Shown here piece by piece: positions 10,198 through 19,914 of a stretch of 64,000 nt of DNA (position 1 is its first letter; the number at the start of each line of letters is the position of its first letter). Source of the DNA: Omnitrophica WOR_2 bacterium RIFOXYA2_FULL_38_17 (GTDB lineage: Bacteria; Omnitrophota; Gorgyraeia; Zapsychrales; Zapsychraceae). Made by a program: the position numbers and the translations under genes. The DNA lies in assembly GCA_001805965.1 (NCBI GenBank), contig MHHG01000057.1:85975-149974 (forward strand). Direction: 5' to 3'. A model generated the notes under the pieces. It searched no databases. It was not told where the DNA came from and worked only from the letters and a program-made list of their open reading frames with translations.

Positions 10198-11351
10198 AGC
10201 TGGCTCATAACCTTTCTAGTTTCTTCCCTTGCCCAAATATCGGCATCCATAATTTGTTTTATACTAGGGCTGCTAACAATCTTGTGGTTCCTTACAACCT
10301 TAGCCACGACATCATATATTGAGTTAAAATTTAAAATGCCTTCTAAAAAGGACTCAACCGCCTCTTCATCTGCCGCATTTAAAACACATGGCAATGATCC
10401 GCCTTTTTTTAATGCATAATAAGCCAATTCAAGTGCGGGGAACTTCTTATAATCTGGCTTTTTAAACGTCAGTTTTTTTAACTCAACGAAATTCATGCTC
10501 TTCAATCCAGAATCAAGCCTGTCAGGATATGTCAGCGCATACTGAATAGGCAGCCTCATATCTGTAATACCAAGCTGGGCAATAATTGACCCGTCAACAT
10601 ATTCAACCATTGAATGTATAATTGCCTCTGGGTGAATCAATACATCAATTTCATCGGTTTTCAAATTAAACAATTTTTGGGCTTCAATAACTTCAAAACC
10701 CTTGTTCATCATAGTAGCAGAATCTACTGTTATCTTTTTTCCCATCTTCCATCTAGGATGACTTAATATCTGTCCAACTGTTAATCCATTGAACTTAGAC
10801 TTTGGAACATTTAACAACGCCCCTCCAGAAGCCGTTAAAAAAACCTTTTTTAATTCGCTTCTCTTCTGCCCATTCAAACACTGAAAAATAGCACTTTGCT
10901 CGCTATCGATCGGAACAATTGTAGCGCCATGCTCTCTTGCCTCTTGCATAATAATGTCGCCCGCCATGACCAAAGCTTCTTTATTCGCCGGAGCTACGAT
11001 CTTGCCTGACCTGACAGCCGCCAAGAACGGACCTAAAGCGCCCGCCCCCCTCATCGCGATAACAACCACATCAACATTCTTTAATGAAACTATGCTCTCA
11101 AGATCCCTGTTAACACTTAATATTTTGGTTTTGCCAGAACTTATTTTCTTTTTTAAATAAGCAACGCCTTTATCGCTGACACCTAAATGAGTAGGCTGAA
11201 ATTTCTTAGCTTGTTTCTCAAGTAGCTTAAAATTATTATAAGCAGTTAATCCAACAACTTTAAATCTTTCAGGATAACGCTCAACAACTTTTAAAGTATT
11301 AATACCTATTGAGCCAGTTGATCCGAGAATAACTATGTTTTTGCAGCCCAT
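10194..11351 (-). CDS. dxr: 1-deoxy-D-xylulose 5-phosphate reductoisomerase
   Basis: N-terminal ILGSTGSIGINTL NADPH-binding motif. 385 aa. Conserved uppS-cdsA-dxr-rseP order. Confidence 0.9.
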   Translation of the reverse strand: MGCKNIVILGSTGSIGINTLKVVERYPERFKVVGLTAYNNFKLLEKQAKKFQPTHLGVSDKGVAYLKKKISSGKTKILSVNRDLESIVSLKNVDVVVIAMRGAGALGPFLAAVRSGKIVAPANKEALVMAGDIIMQEAREHGATIVPIDSEQSAIFQCLNGQKRSELKKVFLTASGGALLNVPKSKFNGLTVGQILSHPRWKMGKKITVDSATMMNKGFEVIEAQKLFNLKTDEIDVLIHPEAIIHSMVEYVDGSIIAQLGITDMRLPIQYALTYPDRLDSGLKSMNFVELKKLTFKKPDYKKFPALELAYYALKKGGSLPCVLNAADEEAVESFLEGILNFNSIYDVVAKVVRNHKIVSSPSIKQIMDADIWAREETRKVMSQL

Positions 11352-11360
11352 AATGCCAAT

Positions 11361-12188
11361 TTATAAAGAATTTAAAATATGACTCATATAAAAATAAAAT
11401 GCAGGTGCTGAAAACAGCAAGCTATCAATTGCATCTAAAGCACCACCTAAAGCAGGCAACATTTTTCCGGAATCCTTTACATTGAAATCTCTTTTTATAA
11501 GCGATTCAGACATGTCACCAATTTGACCCATTCCCCCAAAAAACATTCCCACCAGTCCAATTTGCCAAAAAGAAAATCCTAATACAGCAGGGAACAAACC
11601 CTTTGCCAATATAGCAACAATAGCACTTGCAGCAAAACTGCCAATGGCTCCTTCAACCGTTTTTTTAGGACTTACCCTATAAAGCAACGGATGCTTTCCG
11701 AAATAAGAACCTATTAATAAGGCACCCATATCGCCAGATTTTGTTATCAAAAGCAAAAACCCTACCAATTTCATGCCAGCTCCTGAAACTTCTGGCATAA
11801 GAAACCTAATCTTAATTAAAAAACTAAAGAACCATGAAACATACAAGATCCCAAAAAGTGTTGTTGAAATGCCAACAATAGCATTACTATTATCTTTGCG
11901 TGCAAGCTGCATGATAAATATCATGATCAAAGCTAACCCAATAAAAAAAAGCTCCCACCCTTTTGTCGGCTGGAATTTAAAAAATATTGAGAGAGGTATT
12001 ATTGCTCCAATAGCGATACCGGTATAACTGTAAATGGGTATGCCTTTTTTCTTTACCAAATAAAAGAATTCATAAAGACCTCCAACCGTCAGCAATAATA
12101 AAACACTAATAAAAACCCAATCATTTATAACCGCAAAAAACGACAAAAGAATCATTACTGTTGAACTGAAAAGCCTATCCCTGTTCAT
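11361..12188 (-). CDS. cdsA: Phosphatidate cytidylyltransferase (CDP-diglyceride synthase). The likely true start is the internal Met (MNRDRL...); the track ORF extends to 12245
   Basis: Multi-TM protein with a C-terminal CTP-transferase signature (KRDFNVKDSGKMLPALGGALDAIDS). Position between uppS and dxr. Confidence 0.8.
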   Translation of the reverse strand: MNRDRLFSSTVMILLSFFAVINDWVFISVLLLLTVGGLYEFFYLVKKKGIPIYSYTGIAIGAIIPLSIFFKFQPTKGWELFFIGLALIMIFIMQLARKDNSNAIVGISTTLFGILYVSWFFSFLIKIRFLMPEVSGAGMKLVGFLLLITKSGDMGALLIGSYFGKHPLLYRVSPKKTVEGAIGSFAASAIVAILAKGLFPAVLGFSFWQIGLVGMFFGGMGQIGDMSESLIKRDFNVKDSGKMLPALGGALDAIDSLLFSAPAFYFYMSHILNSL

Positions 12189-12972
12189 CTTTTGTTTCCT
12201 TTTTATTAATAGCCCCAAAGCGCCTATCCCGCTTATTAAAATCAATAATTGCTTTTTCTAGTTCCTCCGATGTGAACTCAGGCCAATATTTCTCAGTAAA
12301 ATACAATTCAGCATAAGATAATTGCCATAATAAAAAATTACTTACTCTTTTTTCTCCGGAAGTTCGTATAAGAAGATCCGGGTCAGGTAAATTTTTTGTG
12401 TACATTGCTTTCGATATTTGATCTTCGTTAATATCGGCCAATTCCATTTTACCTGCTTTTACTTTGCCTGCTATTGATAAAAATGCATCTAATATTTCCA
12501 TTCTTGAGCCATAATCAATAGCCAAATTCAAGATCATACCATTACAATGCTTTGTATCTTTAGACACTTCGCTAATGGAGGCCAAGACATTTTCAGGTAA
12601 CCTGTTTGTCCTTCCAATCGTCTGAAATCTAATATGACGGTTCATCAACATCTTTTTTTTCTTTAGCATTAGCCCCGCAAGAGCGTTCATCAACATACTG
12701 ACTTCTGTTTGTGGACGATTCCAATTTTCAGTAGAGAAAGTAAACAATGTCAGTACTTTAATACCTAAATCGCTCGAACTCTTAATAATCTCTTCAACTC
12801 TTTTCATCCCTTCAAAATGGCCCTGGATCCTAGCCATTTTTCTCTTCTGTGCCCACCTTCCATTACCGTCCATTATTATTGCTACATGTTTGGGAATATT
12901 TTCAAATTTTTGATTTTTCATTTCATTTAAATAAAATGGGGGATTATTATCCCCCATCTCAAAGTCTCTCAT
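12175..12972 (-). CDS. uppS: Undecaprenyl diphosphate synthase (cis-prenyltransferase)
   Basis: HVAIIMDGNGRWA motif; the ERRFGAI C-terminus has the RxG motif. The start may be an internal Met. Confidence 0.9.
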   Translation of the reverse strand: MRDFEMGDNNPPFYLNEMKNQKFENIPKHVAIIMDGNGRWAQKRKMARIQGHFEGMKRVEEIIKSSSDLGIKVLTLFTFSTENWNRPQTEVSMLMNALAGLMLKKKKMLMNRHIRFQTIGRTNRLPENVLASISEVSKDTKHCNGMILNLAIDYGSRMEILDAFLSIAGKVKAGKMELADINEDQISKAMYTKNLPDPDLLIRTSGEKRVSNFLLWQLSYAELYFTEKYWPEFTSEELEKAIIDFNKRDRRFGAINKKETKDEQG

Positions 12973-13012
12973 CTAGCAATAGAAAAAGTTTTAATTAGTC
13001 ATCGCAACAATC

Positions 13013-13360
13013 CTAAAAATCCCCTGAAGAAACTTTTATCAACTCCTGGATTTTAGTTTCCAAGTTCTTTTTTATTTCAGAAACTTTATTCAATCGGTTC
13101 ATTAAATCCTCATTAACCATTTTCTCTTTAGTTAACAACGTTTCAATGTTTTCATTTTTTTTATGAACTTTTGCTAATTGTGATTCTAATGAAACAACCA
13201 TTTTCCTGGTTTTTTCTAGGTCTTCTTCAGCAACCATCCTACTATATCTTTCAGTATTTAATTTTTGCTGGGCTTTTAACAGATCAGTTTTAGAATTAAA
13301 TGCCATCAATCCACATGAAAAAAGCAAGACAATAATAAGAATTAATACAAGAACTCTCAA
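13013..13360 (-). CDS. Hypothetical membrane-anchored coiled-coil protein
   Basis: N-terminal hydrophobic helix followed by about 90 aa predicted coiled coil. No recognisable catalytic motif. Confidence 0.4.
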   Translation of the reverse strand: MRVLVLILIIVLLFSCGLMAFNSKTDLLKAQQKLNTERYSRMVAEEDLEKTRKMVVSLESQLAKVHKKNENIETLLTKEKMVNEDLMNRLNKVSEIKKNLETKIQELIKVSSGDF

Positions 13361-13383
13361 AATCCCCTCCTTTTAGATATAGA

Positions 13384-14013
13384 TCATCGTCCCTTTTTTT
13401 CTATTTTAGGAATAATTACGATCTCAACTCTGCGATTCTTTTGCCTTCCTTCAGCCGTATCATTTGTCGCTATAGGCCTATGCTCTCCATATCCGGTTGC
13501 CGACAAACGGTTAGAATTTATTTTCTGTTCATCTTCAAGATAATATAGAACACTTAAGGCTCTAGCAGAAGATAATTCCCAGTTTGATTTCCAGCCAGAG
13601 TACTTGATCGGCACATTATCCGTATGCCCTTCAATGCCGATAGAAAGATCTTTAACTGTCGTCTTTAAGACATCAGAGATTTTATCCAATGATAAATAAG
13701 CTTCTTGCTTTAACTCGTTTTTTCCTGAGTCAAAAAGAACTTCGGCGACAAAAGTAATAACAAGTCCTTTGTCAAGCATTTGGACATTTACATCTTTTTG
13801 CCCAATTTCATTCTTCAGCTTATCCTCCAATTCATTCTTGGCTTTTTCAAGGTCCGATAATTCTCCTTTGAGCTTTGATATCTTTTCAACATCAACTCTT
13901 CTGCCTTTTTGAAATATTATCGTACAGCCGTTAAATGATATAAATACAATAGTTATAATTAATAGATTTAAAAACCTCGATTTCTTGCTATACATAATTT
14001 CCTCCCTTTTCAT
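13384..14013 (-). CDS. OmpA/MotB-family peptidoglycan-binding domain protein (probable lipoprotein or membrane anchor)
   Basis: C-terminal OmpA-like motif (GHTDNVPI...SNWELSSARA...NRRVEIVI). N-terminal hydrophobic segment and a coiled coil. Confidence 0.7.
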   Translation of the reverse strand: MKREEIMYSKKSRFLNLLIITIVFISFNGCTIIFQKGRRVDVEKISKLKGELSDLEKAKNELEDKLKNEIGQKDVNVQMLDKGLVITFVAEVLFDSGKNELKQEAYLSLDKISDVLKTTVKDLSIGIEGHTDNVPIKYSGWKSNWELSSARALSVLYYLEDEQKINSNRLSATGYGEHRPIATNDTAEGRQKNRRVEIVIIPKIEKKGR

Positions 14014-14157
14014 ATTTAGGAAAATAATTTTCTAACAATAAGTACTATTAAATAATAGGTCAGATAGACAATCCTATGCAGATTTCAACATTAACATAGC
14101 GCTATTTTAAAGTCAAGATAATTCTCCAAACATAACGTATGTCAATAGGATACAACG

Positions 14158-15450
14158 CTAACAAACAATTATTTGGTCTCTTTTTGACCCTATAGAAACG
14201 TACTTCACTGCTACCTTAAGAAGTTTTTCCAGTCTTCTAACGTATTTCCTTGCATTAACAGGCAATTTGTTAAACTCTCTTATACCCGTTGTTGAAGTCT
14301 TCCAACCCTGCATTTCCTCATAAATTGGCTTTGCATTTGCAATAACTTCAAAATCTGTAGGAAAATTCTTATAGATTTTGCCTTTATATTTGTAAGCCGT
14401 ACATATCTTTATCTTTTCAAGATCATCAAGAACATCTAGCTTCATAATAGCAAGCTCGTCAATACCATTTAAAATGACGGAATACCTAACCAAAACACTG
14501 TCAAACCATCCGCATCTTCTTGGTCTTCCTGTTGTAGCACCATACTCTTTACCTTTTTTTCGAATATCATCTTTCAAGCGATTCGTAAATTCTGTAGGAA
14601 ACGGTCCTTCACCAACTCTAGTAGTATAAGCCTTTACACAAGCAATGGCTTTATCGATCTTAGTCGGCCCAACACCGGTCCCCGAGCAAACTCCTCCTAC
14701 AATAGAGTTCGATGAAGTCACAAAAGGATATGTGCCAAAATCAATGTCCAAGAAAGTGCCTTGAGCTCCTTCAAAAAGAATTGATTTTTTCTTATCAATT
14801 GCTTCGTTCAAATAAATAACAGTATCACAAATATACTTTTTCAGCTGTTTACCATAGCCCAAATATTCATTATATATGCTATCAAAAGAGTAACCCTTCG
14901 CTCCATACACCTTCTTAAAAATCTCGTTTTTCTCTAACAGATTATCTTTAAGCTTTTCTTCAAGCACTTTAGGGTTTAACAAGTCAACTAATCTGATCCC
15001 GCATCTCGTAACTTTATCAGAATAACAAGGGCCTATACCTCTTCCGGTTGTTCCAATCTTGTTTTTTCTTTTTGTTTCTCTTAACCCATCAAGAACTCTG
15101 TGATAAGGCATGACTACATGACATCTATCAGACACCTTAAAACGCTTTTCTGTCACCTTTAAACCTTTTTTTTCAAGATCACTTATTTCTTGAAGCAGTG
15201 CTTTGGGATCAACAACAACTCCATTGCCAATAACACAAACTTTTCCTTTATGTAATATTGCAGAAGGAAGCAAATGAAAAATATATTCCTTATTTCCTAC
15301 AACTACAGTATGACCAGCATTATTCCCTCCCTGATATCGAACAGTAATATCAGTATCTTTAGAAATAATGTCGATCAACTTTCCTTTTCCTTCATCACCC
15401 CACTGTGAGCCGACAACAACTAAATTCATTCTTAATCCTTTTTTTATCAA
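14158..15450 (-). CDS. purA: Adenylosuccinate synthetase
   Basis: VVVGSQWGDEGKGK P-loop and GNNAGHTV motif. About 425 aa. Confidence 0.9.
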   Translation of the reverse strand: MIKKGLRMNLVVVGSQWGDEGKGKLIDIISKDTDITVRYQGGNNAGHTVVVGNKEYIFHLLPSAILHKGKVCVIGNGVVVDPKALLQEISDLEKKGLKVTEKRFKVSDRCHVVMPYHRVLDGLRETKRKNKIGTTGRGIGPCYSDKVTRCGIRLVDLLNPKVLEEKLKDNLLEKNEIFKKVYGAKGYSFDSIYNEYLGYGKQLKKYICDTVIYLNEAIDKKKSILFEGAQGTFLDIDFGTYPFVTSSNSIVGGVCSGTGVGPTKIDKAIACVKAYTTRVGEGPFPTEFTNRLKDDIRKKGKEYGATTGRPRRCGWFDSVLVRYSVILNGIDELAIMKLDVLDDLEKIKICTAYKYKGKIYKNFPTDFEVIANAKPIYEEMQGWKTSTTGIREFNKLPVNARKYVRRLEKLLKVAVKYVSIGSKRDQIIVC

Positions 15451-15490
15451 TTACAGTTAAGATTTAAATCCCTTTTGAAAAATTAAAAAC

Positions 15491-16282
15491 TTATAAAAGC
15501 TTGTTCAAGATAACTAAAACTGAACTAACTCCAACGGCCAACAAAACAGCAGTAAATACCATATGCAGCAAAGAAAAGTGTTTTCTCAACGCATTAGCCG
15601 CCCCTTTACTCTCCATTGAGAACATTACAAAGACCCAAATTAAAATTAACGGTAGCATATTAGAAATAAAATACAGAAAAAGCTTAAAATACGCTGTTTT
15701 AATATCTTCCATTTGTGCCACTGTAAGAAAATTTAAAGCAAGTTCTGCGTTCTCCCCAGAACCCAAATTCAGAAAACCTATAAAATGCCCTATGACAACA
15801 GGAACAAAAACAAGAAAAATCAGGTTCAGAAAAACATCAATAAATGTAGTCTTCTTACTAGCCGCTAAAGGTGTTTGCTCCAGCAAAAAAGCTGGTAATC
15901 GTAAAGCAACCTTAACTTCCGATGCCTGACGCTTAAATGCAATCCACTCAAAAAACATTTTCAATCCTAACGCAATCATACCAAAAGCCAAAACCAAATA
16001 CATTATTCTTAAAATTCTATCGACATCCATAAAACTGTAAAAAATATCCATTAGACCCAAAGCTAATAAATAATTCATCCTAGCAAAAGATATAAGGTAA
16101 ACTAATCCGACAAGAAAGATTTTTTCCTTTGTTGTTCCGACACAACTAAGATACATAACAAAGAACAACAAAGCTATAAGCATACAAAGAGACAAACTAC
16201 TGCTAATCCCCGAATACAATACAGGTAAAAAAACAAAACCATTGCAAGTTGTTAACCCTGATACAAAGCTTTTTTTCTGCAT
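15491..16282 (-). CDS. Hypothetical polytopic membrane protein
   Basis: 263 aa with at least six hydrophobic helices. No recognisable family motif. Confidence 0.4.
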   Translation of the reverse strand: MQKKSFVSGLTTCNGFVFLPVLYSGISSSLSLCMLIALLFFVMYLSCVGTTKEKIFLVGLVYLISFARMNYLLALGLMDIFYSFMDVDRILRIMYLVLAFGMIALGLKMFFEWIAFKRQASEVKVALRLPAFLLEQTPLAASKKTTFIDVFLNLIFLVFVPVVIGHFIGFLNLGSGENAELALNFLTVAQMEDIKTAYFKLFLYFISNMLPLILIWVFVMFSMESKGAANALRKHFSLLHMVFTAVLLAVGVSSVLVILNKLL

Positions 16283-16319
16283 AATTATTATAGAAATCTT
16301 TTAAAAGTATTATACATGA

Positions 16320-16360
16320 AGTGACAGTTCAAGCTAAATAATACTGCCTGAACTGTCACT
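16320..16360 (-). promoter_or_regulatory. Long near-perfect hairpin between serA and the downstream membrane-protein gene
   Basis: agtgacagttcaagc ... gcctgaactgtcact. About 15 bp stem, one mismatch, 11 nt loop. No adjacent U-tract. A TATAAT-like hexamer follows it on the minus strand. Confidence 0.4.
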
Positions 16361-16389
16361 AGCATAAATTAAGAACAGATTAAAACAAC

Positions 16390-17976
16390 TTAGATCTTCA
16401 AAAGCTTTACGAATAGAACATCTTTAGTGTTTTTAATCTTTGTAATCGTTTCTTCAGACACTTCACTGTCAACATTGACAACGCTAACTGCCAGTCCCCC
16501 TTTTGACTCACGGCCAAAAGTTATGCCGGCAATATTAACATTCTCTTGTGCCAAGACTGTCCCAACAGCTCCAACAATCCCTGGCTTATCATTATTGTTT
16601 ATAAAAAGCAAATTGCCTTCGGGCACGGCTTCAACATAAACATTATTTACTTTAACAATACGAGGCTGATTATTCCCAGACAATGTCCCCCAAATGACAA
16701 AAGGCTCTTTATCTGTTTTTATTTCAGCAATGATACAATTAACAAACTCTTCATCTTTTGTCGAATTAACCTCTTCAACAGCAATAGATCTCTCCTTTGC
16801 AACCTCAAGAGCATTAATTGAATTAATTGTATCCCCCAAAATATGGCTCAATAATCCATGAACCAATGATAATGTTACTGGAGCCGCTTTATGATCTGTA
16901 ACAACACCGCTATAAGTTATTTTAACTTCATTGATCCTGCCATTGATCAATTGGCCTGCAAATTTTCCCATCTTAAGACCTAAGCTTATATAAGGCTCAA
17001 GCACCTTGTAGCCTTCAGCACTTACTGTTGGGAAATTTGCCGCATTAACTATACCCCTGCCCAAAAGAGCATTCTTTACAGTCTCTGCAATTTCAATAGC
17101 AACATTGATCTGGGCTTCTGATGTAGAGGCACCGAGATGAGGGGTTGTCACACAATTTTCAAATTTAAATAAAGGAGAATTAAAATCCGGCGGCTCTTGC
17201 TCGTAAACATCTACTGCACAGCCAGCAATCTTTCCTTGTTCCAAAGCTTTTATCAAGGCTTCTTCATTAACAATGCCTCCTCTGGCACAATTAATTACAC
17301 GGCATGTTCTTTTCATCATATCAAACTCTTTATCACCGATAAGGTCCTTTGTTTCACTGCTCTTAGGAATATGAACCGAAACAAAGTCACTTGTTTTAAG
17401 CAACTTTTCAAGGTCGACGATCTCAACTCCTTTTTTTGTCGCAGCTTCAATTGATAGAAATGGATCATATGCAATGACATTCATAACAAAAGCCTTTGCA
17501 AAACTTGCGACTGTTGAGCCAATCCTCCCTAGACCGATAATCCCAAGAGTTTTACCATATAGTTCAACTCCATCAAATTTTGTTCTTTCCCATTTTCCTG
17601 CTTTAAGAGAAGCACATGCCTGAGCCGTGTTCCTTGATAATGCCAAAATCAATGCCATTGTTTGTTCTGCAGTAGATGTAGTGTTTCCTGCCGGGGTATT
17701 CATTGCAACTATACCCTTTTTCGTAGCAGCTTTTAGATCGACATTGTCCAATCCAACACCAGCCCTACCAATGAACTTAAGATTATCTGCCACCTCAAGG
17801 ATATCTTCCTTTAATTTCGTCGCGCTACGGATAATAATAGCATCATAATCCTTAATGATCGCTTTTAGCTCATCCGGCTTCAACCCTGTGTTGACATCTA
17901 CTTGAAATTCTTTTTCTTTCCTAAGAATCTCAATACATTCGTCTGCCAACTTGTCACTGATCAGAATCTTTTTCAT
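16390..17976 (-). CDS. serA: D-3-phosphoglycerate dehydrogenase with C-terminal ACT domain
   Basis: 2-hydroxyacid dehydrogenase NAD-binding motif (GIIGLGRIGS). 528 aa with an ACT-like C-terminus. Adjacent to a class V aminotransferase. Confidence 0.85.
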   Translation of the reverse strand: MKKILISDKLADECIEILRKEKEFQVDVNTGLKPDELKAIIKDYDAIIIRSATKLKEDILEVADNLKFIGRAGVGLDNVDLKAATKKGIVAMNTPAGNTTSTAEQTMALILALSRNTAQACASLKAGKWERTKFDGVELYGKTLGIIGLGRIGSTVASFAKAFVMNVIAYDPFLSIEAATKKGVEIVDLEKLLKTSDFVSVHIPKSSETKDLIGDKEFDMMKRTCRVINCARGGIVNEEALIKALEQGKIAGCAVDVYEQEPPDFNSPLFKFENCVTTPHLGASTSEAQINVAIEIAETVKNALLGRGIVNAANFPTVSAEGYKVLEPYISLGLKMGKFAGQLINGRINEVKITYSGVVTDHKAAPVTLSLVHGLLSHILGDTINSINALEVAKERSIAVEEVNSTKDEEFVNCIIAEIKTDKEPFVIWGTLSGNNQPRIVKVNNVYVEAVPEGNLLFINNNDKPGIVGAVGTVLAQENVNIAGITFGRESKGGLAVSVVNVDSEVSEETITKIKNTKDVLFVKLLKI

Positions 17977-18097
17977 TGTACTTCTCCCTTTTTTGACCTA
18001 TCCCCTGAAAGAGATAGTGCCAAGTGCATTTTCTTCTTTTTTGATCGATAAAACTTGAAGATTGCACCAATTTCTCCAAGGATTACTTATCGATTTA

Positions 18098-19237
18098 CTA
18101 TGAATTGAAAACTTCTTGTGCAGCCTTAACTCCAGCTCCCATTTCAAAAGAATAGCCAACATCTTTTAAAGCTTTTTCAAAACATGCTATCCCAGTAAGA
18201 ATGTCATACTCATCAACACAACCCATATGAGCTATTCTGACAATTTTACCTTTAAGATACCCTTGTCCTCCTGCAACAGTAACGCCATAAGTATCTCTCA
18301 TGATTTTTACGACTTTTCCTCCGGCAACTCCTTCCGGAAGAACTATTGGGGTAACCGCGTTGGAGACACAATCATCACCCGCCAAAATTGTCATACCTAA
18401 AGCTTTAGCTGCAGCCCTAGTTGCTTCTGCTAATTTTGCATATCTGGCAAATAACTTATCCAGCCCTTCCTCTTTAAATTTTCTCAAGCTGTCGACTAAA
18501 GCAACAACAATACTAATTGCAGGCGTGAAAGGAGTGTCAGGATCATTGTAAACTTTTTTGGATTTTCTAAGGTCAAAATAATATCTAGGCGTTTCACATT
18601 TTTCAACGAGCTTATAAGCTTTTTCGTTCATAGCTACAAAAGAGATTCCAGGAGGGAGCATAAACCCTTTGTGAGATGCGGATACAATAACATCAACTGC
18701 CCAGTCATCCATTTTAATATCAATAACACCTAAACCACTGATAGCATCGACTACCAAAACGGCGTTGGTTTCTTTTACAACCGCAGCAATTGATTTAATA
18801 TCAGATACCACTCCAGTAGAAGTTTCATTTAAAGTGACAAAGACCGCCTTGATAGATTTATCTTTATCAAGCAGGGCTTTAATGTCAGCAGGTTTTACGG
18901 CAGTGCCCCATTTAACTTCAATTACTTGTGGTTCTGCGCCATAGACTTTGCAAAGCTCTGTCCATCTTTCACCAAATTTCCCACCTTCAACAGTAATAGC
19001 TTTATCGCCTTTTCCAACCAAATTACAGACGGCCGCTTCCATCGCGCCAGTTCCTGAAGACGTTAGGATGTAAACATCATTCTTTGTTTGCATTACATAC
19101 TGCAAACCATCTATAACATCTTTAAGGTTTTGCGCAAATTGCGGCGTTCTGTGATGAATAATCGGCTTTCCCAAAGCCGCGCAAAGGTCTGGTGGTATTT
19201 GTGTTGGTCCCGGAGCTAAAATTAAATTTCTTTTCAT
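18098..19237 (-). CDS. Class V aminotransferase (phosphoserine / serine-pyruvate aminotransferase family)
   Basis: PLP-dependent fold with the active-site lysine in SASHKGFMLPPG. 379 aa. The serA neighbour suggests a serine-biosynthesis role. Confidence 0.7.
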   Translation of the reverse strand: MKRNLILAPGPTQIPPDLCAALGKPIIHHRTPQFAQNLKDVIDGLQYVMQTKNDVYILTSSGTGAMEAAVCNLVGKGDKAITVEGGKFGERWTELCKVYGAEPQVIEVKWGTAVKPADIKALLDKDKSIKAVFVTLNETSTGVVSDIKSIAAVVKETNAVLVVDAISGLGVIDIKMDDWAVDVIVSASHKGFMLPPGISFVAMNEKAYKLVEKCETPRYYFDLRKSKKVYNDPDTPFTPAISIVVALVDSLRKFKEEGLDKLFARYAKLAEATRAAAKALGMTILAGDDCVSNAVTPIVLPEGVAGGKVVKIMRDTYGVTVAGGQGYLKGKIVRIAHMGCVDEYDILTGIACFEKALKDVGYSFEMGAGVKAAQEVFNS

Positions 19238-19307
19238 TGCTTACCTTTCTAAAATATTTTTTAAATTGAATATATCTTGCAGCAAATTATTAAGTTTAAA
19301 AATGCTT

Positions 19308-19913
19308 TTAATTAACTTCCTGATGCTCAATAACCGCATCAACAAGCCCGTACTCTTTGGCCTCGCTGGCCGACATAAAATAATCTCTGTCAGTATCTTT
19401 TTGGACCTTTTCTATTGGCTGCCCACAATGTTTTGACAATAGTTTATTCAGCTCTTCTTTCATCCGCAGGATCTCCTGGGCTTGAATTGATATATCACTA
19501 GCTGTCCCCTGTGTGCCACCCCACGGCTGATGGATCATAATACGAGCGTTTGGAAGTGCAAACCTTTTACCTTTTGCTCCGGCAGAAAGAAGAAGCGATC
19601 CCATGCTTGCAGCTTGACCCATGCAATACGTGCAAACATCTGGCTTAACAAATTGCATAGTATCATAAATTGCTAGCCCGGCCGTAACTGAACCACCTGG
19701 AGAATTCACGTATACATTGATATCCTTATTAGCATCATCGCTTTGAAGAAAAAGAAGTTGAGCTATAATCAAATTAGCAACATTGTCATCAATTGCTGTT
19801 CCAATAAAGATTATCCTGTCCTTTAACAAACGGGAATAGATATCGTAAGCCCTCTCTCCCTGACCAGTTTTTTCTACAACCATAGGTACTAACATCTGAT
19901 AATTTGGTTCCAT
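19308..19913 (-). CDS. clpP: ATP-dependent Clp protease proteolytic subunit
   Basis: Ser/His/Asp catalytic motifs ([11 protein letters not shown]; IMIHQP). 201 aa. Follows tig. Confidence 0.9.
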   Translation of the reverse strand: MEPNYQMLVPMVVEKTGQGERAYDIYSRLLKDRIIFIGTAIDDNVANLIIAQLLFLQSDDANKDINVYVNSPGGSVTAGLAIYDTMQFVKPDVCTYCMGQAASMGSLLLSAGAKGKRFALPNARIMIHQPWGGTQGTASDISIQAQEILRMKEELNKLLSKHCGQPIEKVQKDTDRDYFMSASEAKEYGLVDAVIEHQEVN

Positions 19914-19914
19914 T

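Noticed and set aside
12189-12245. 71-bp overlap between the cdsA and uppS ORFs
   Set aside because: It likely comes from an over-extended cdsA start. An internal Met (MNRDRL...) gives a conventional non-overlapping junction.
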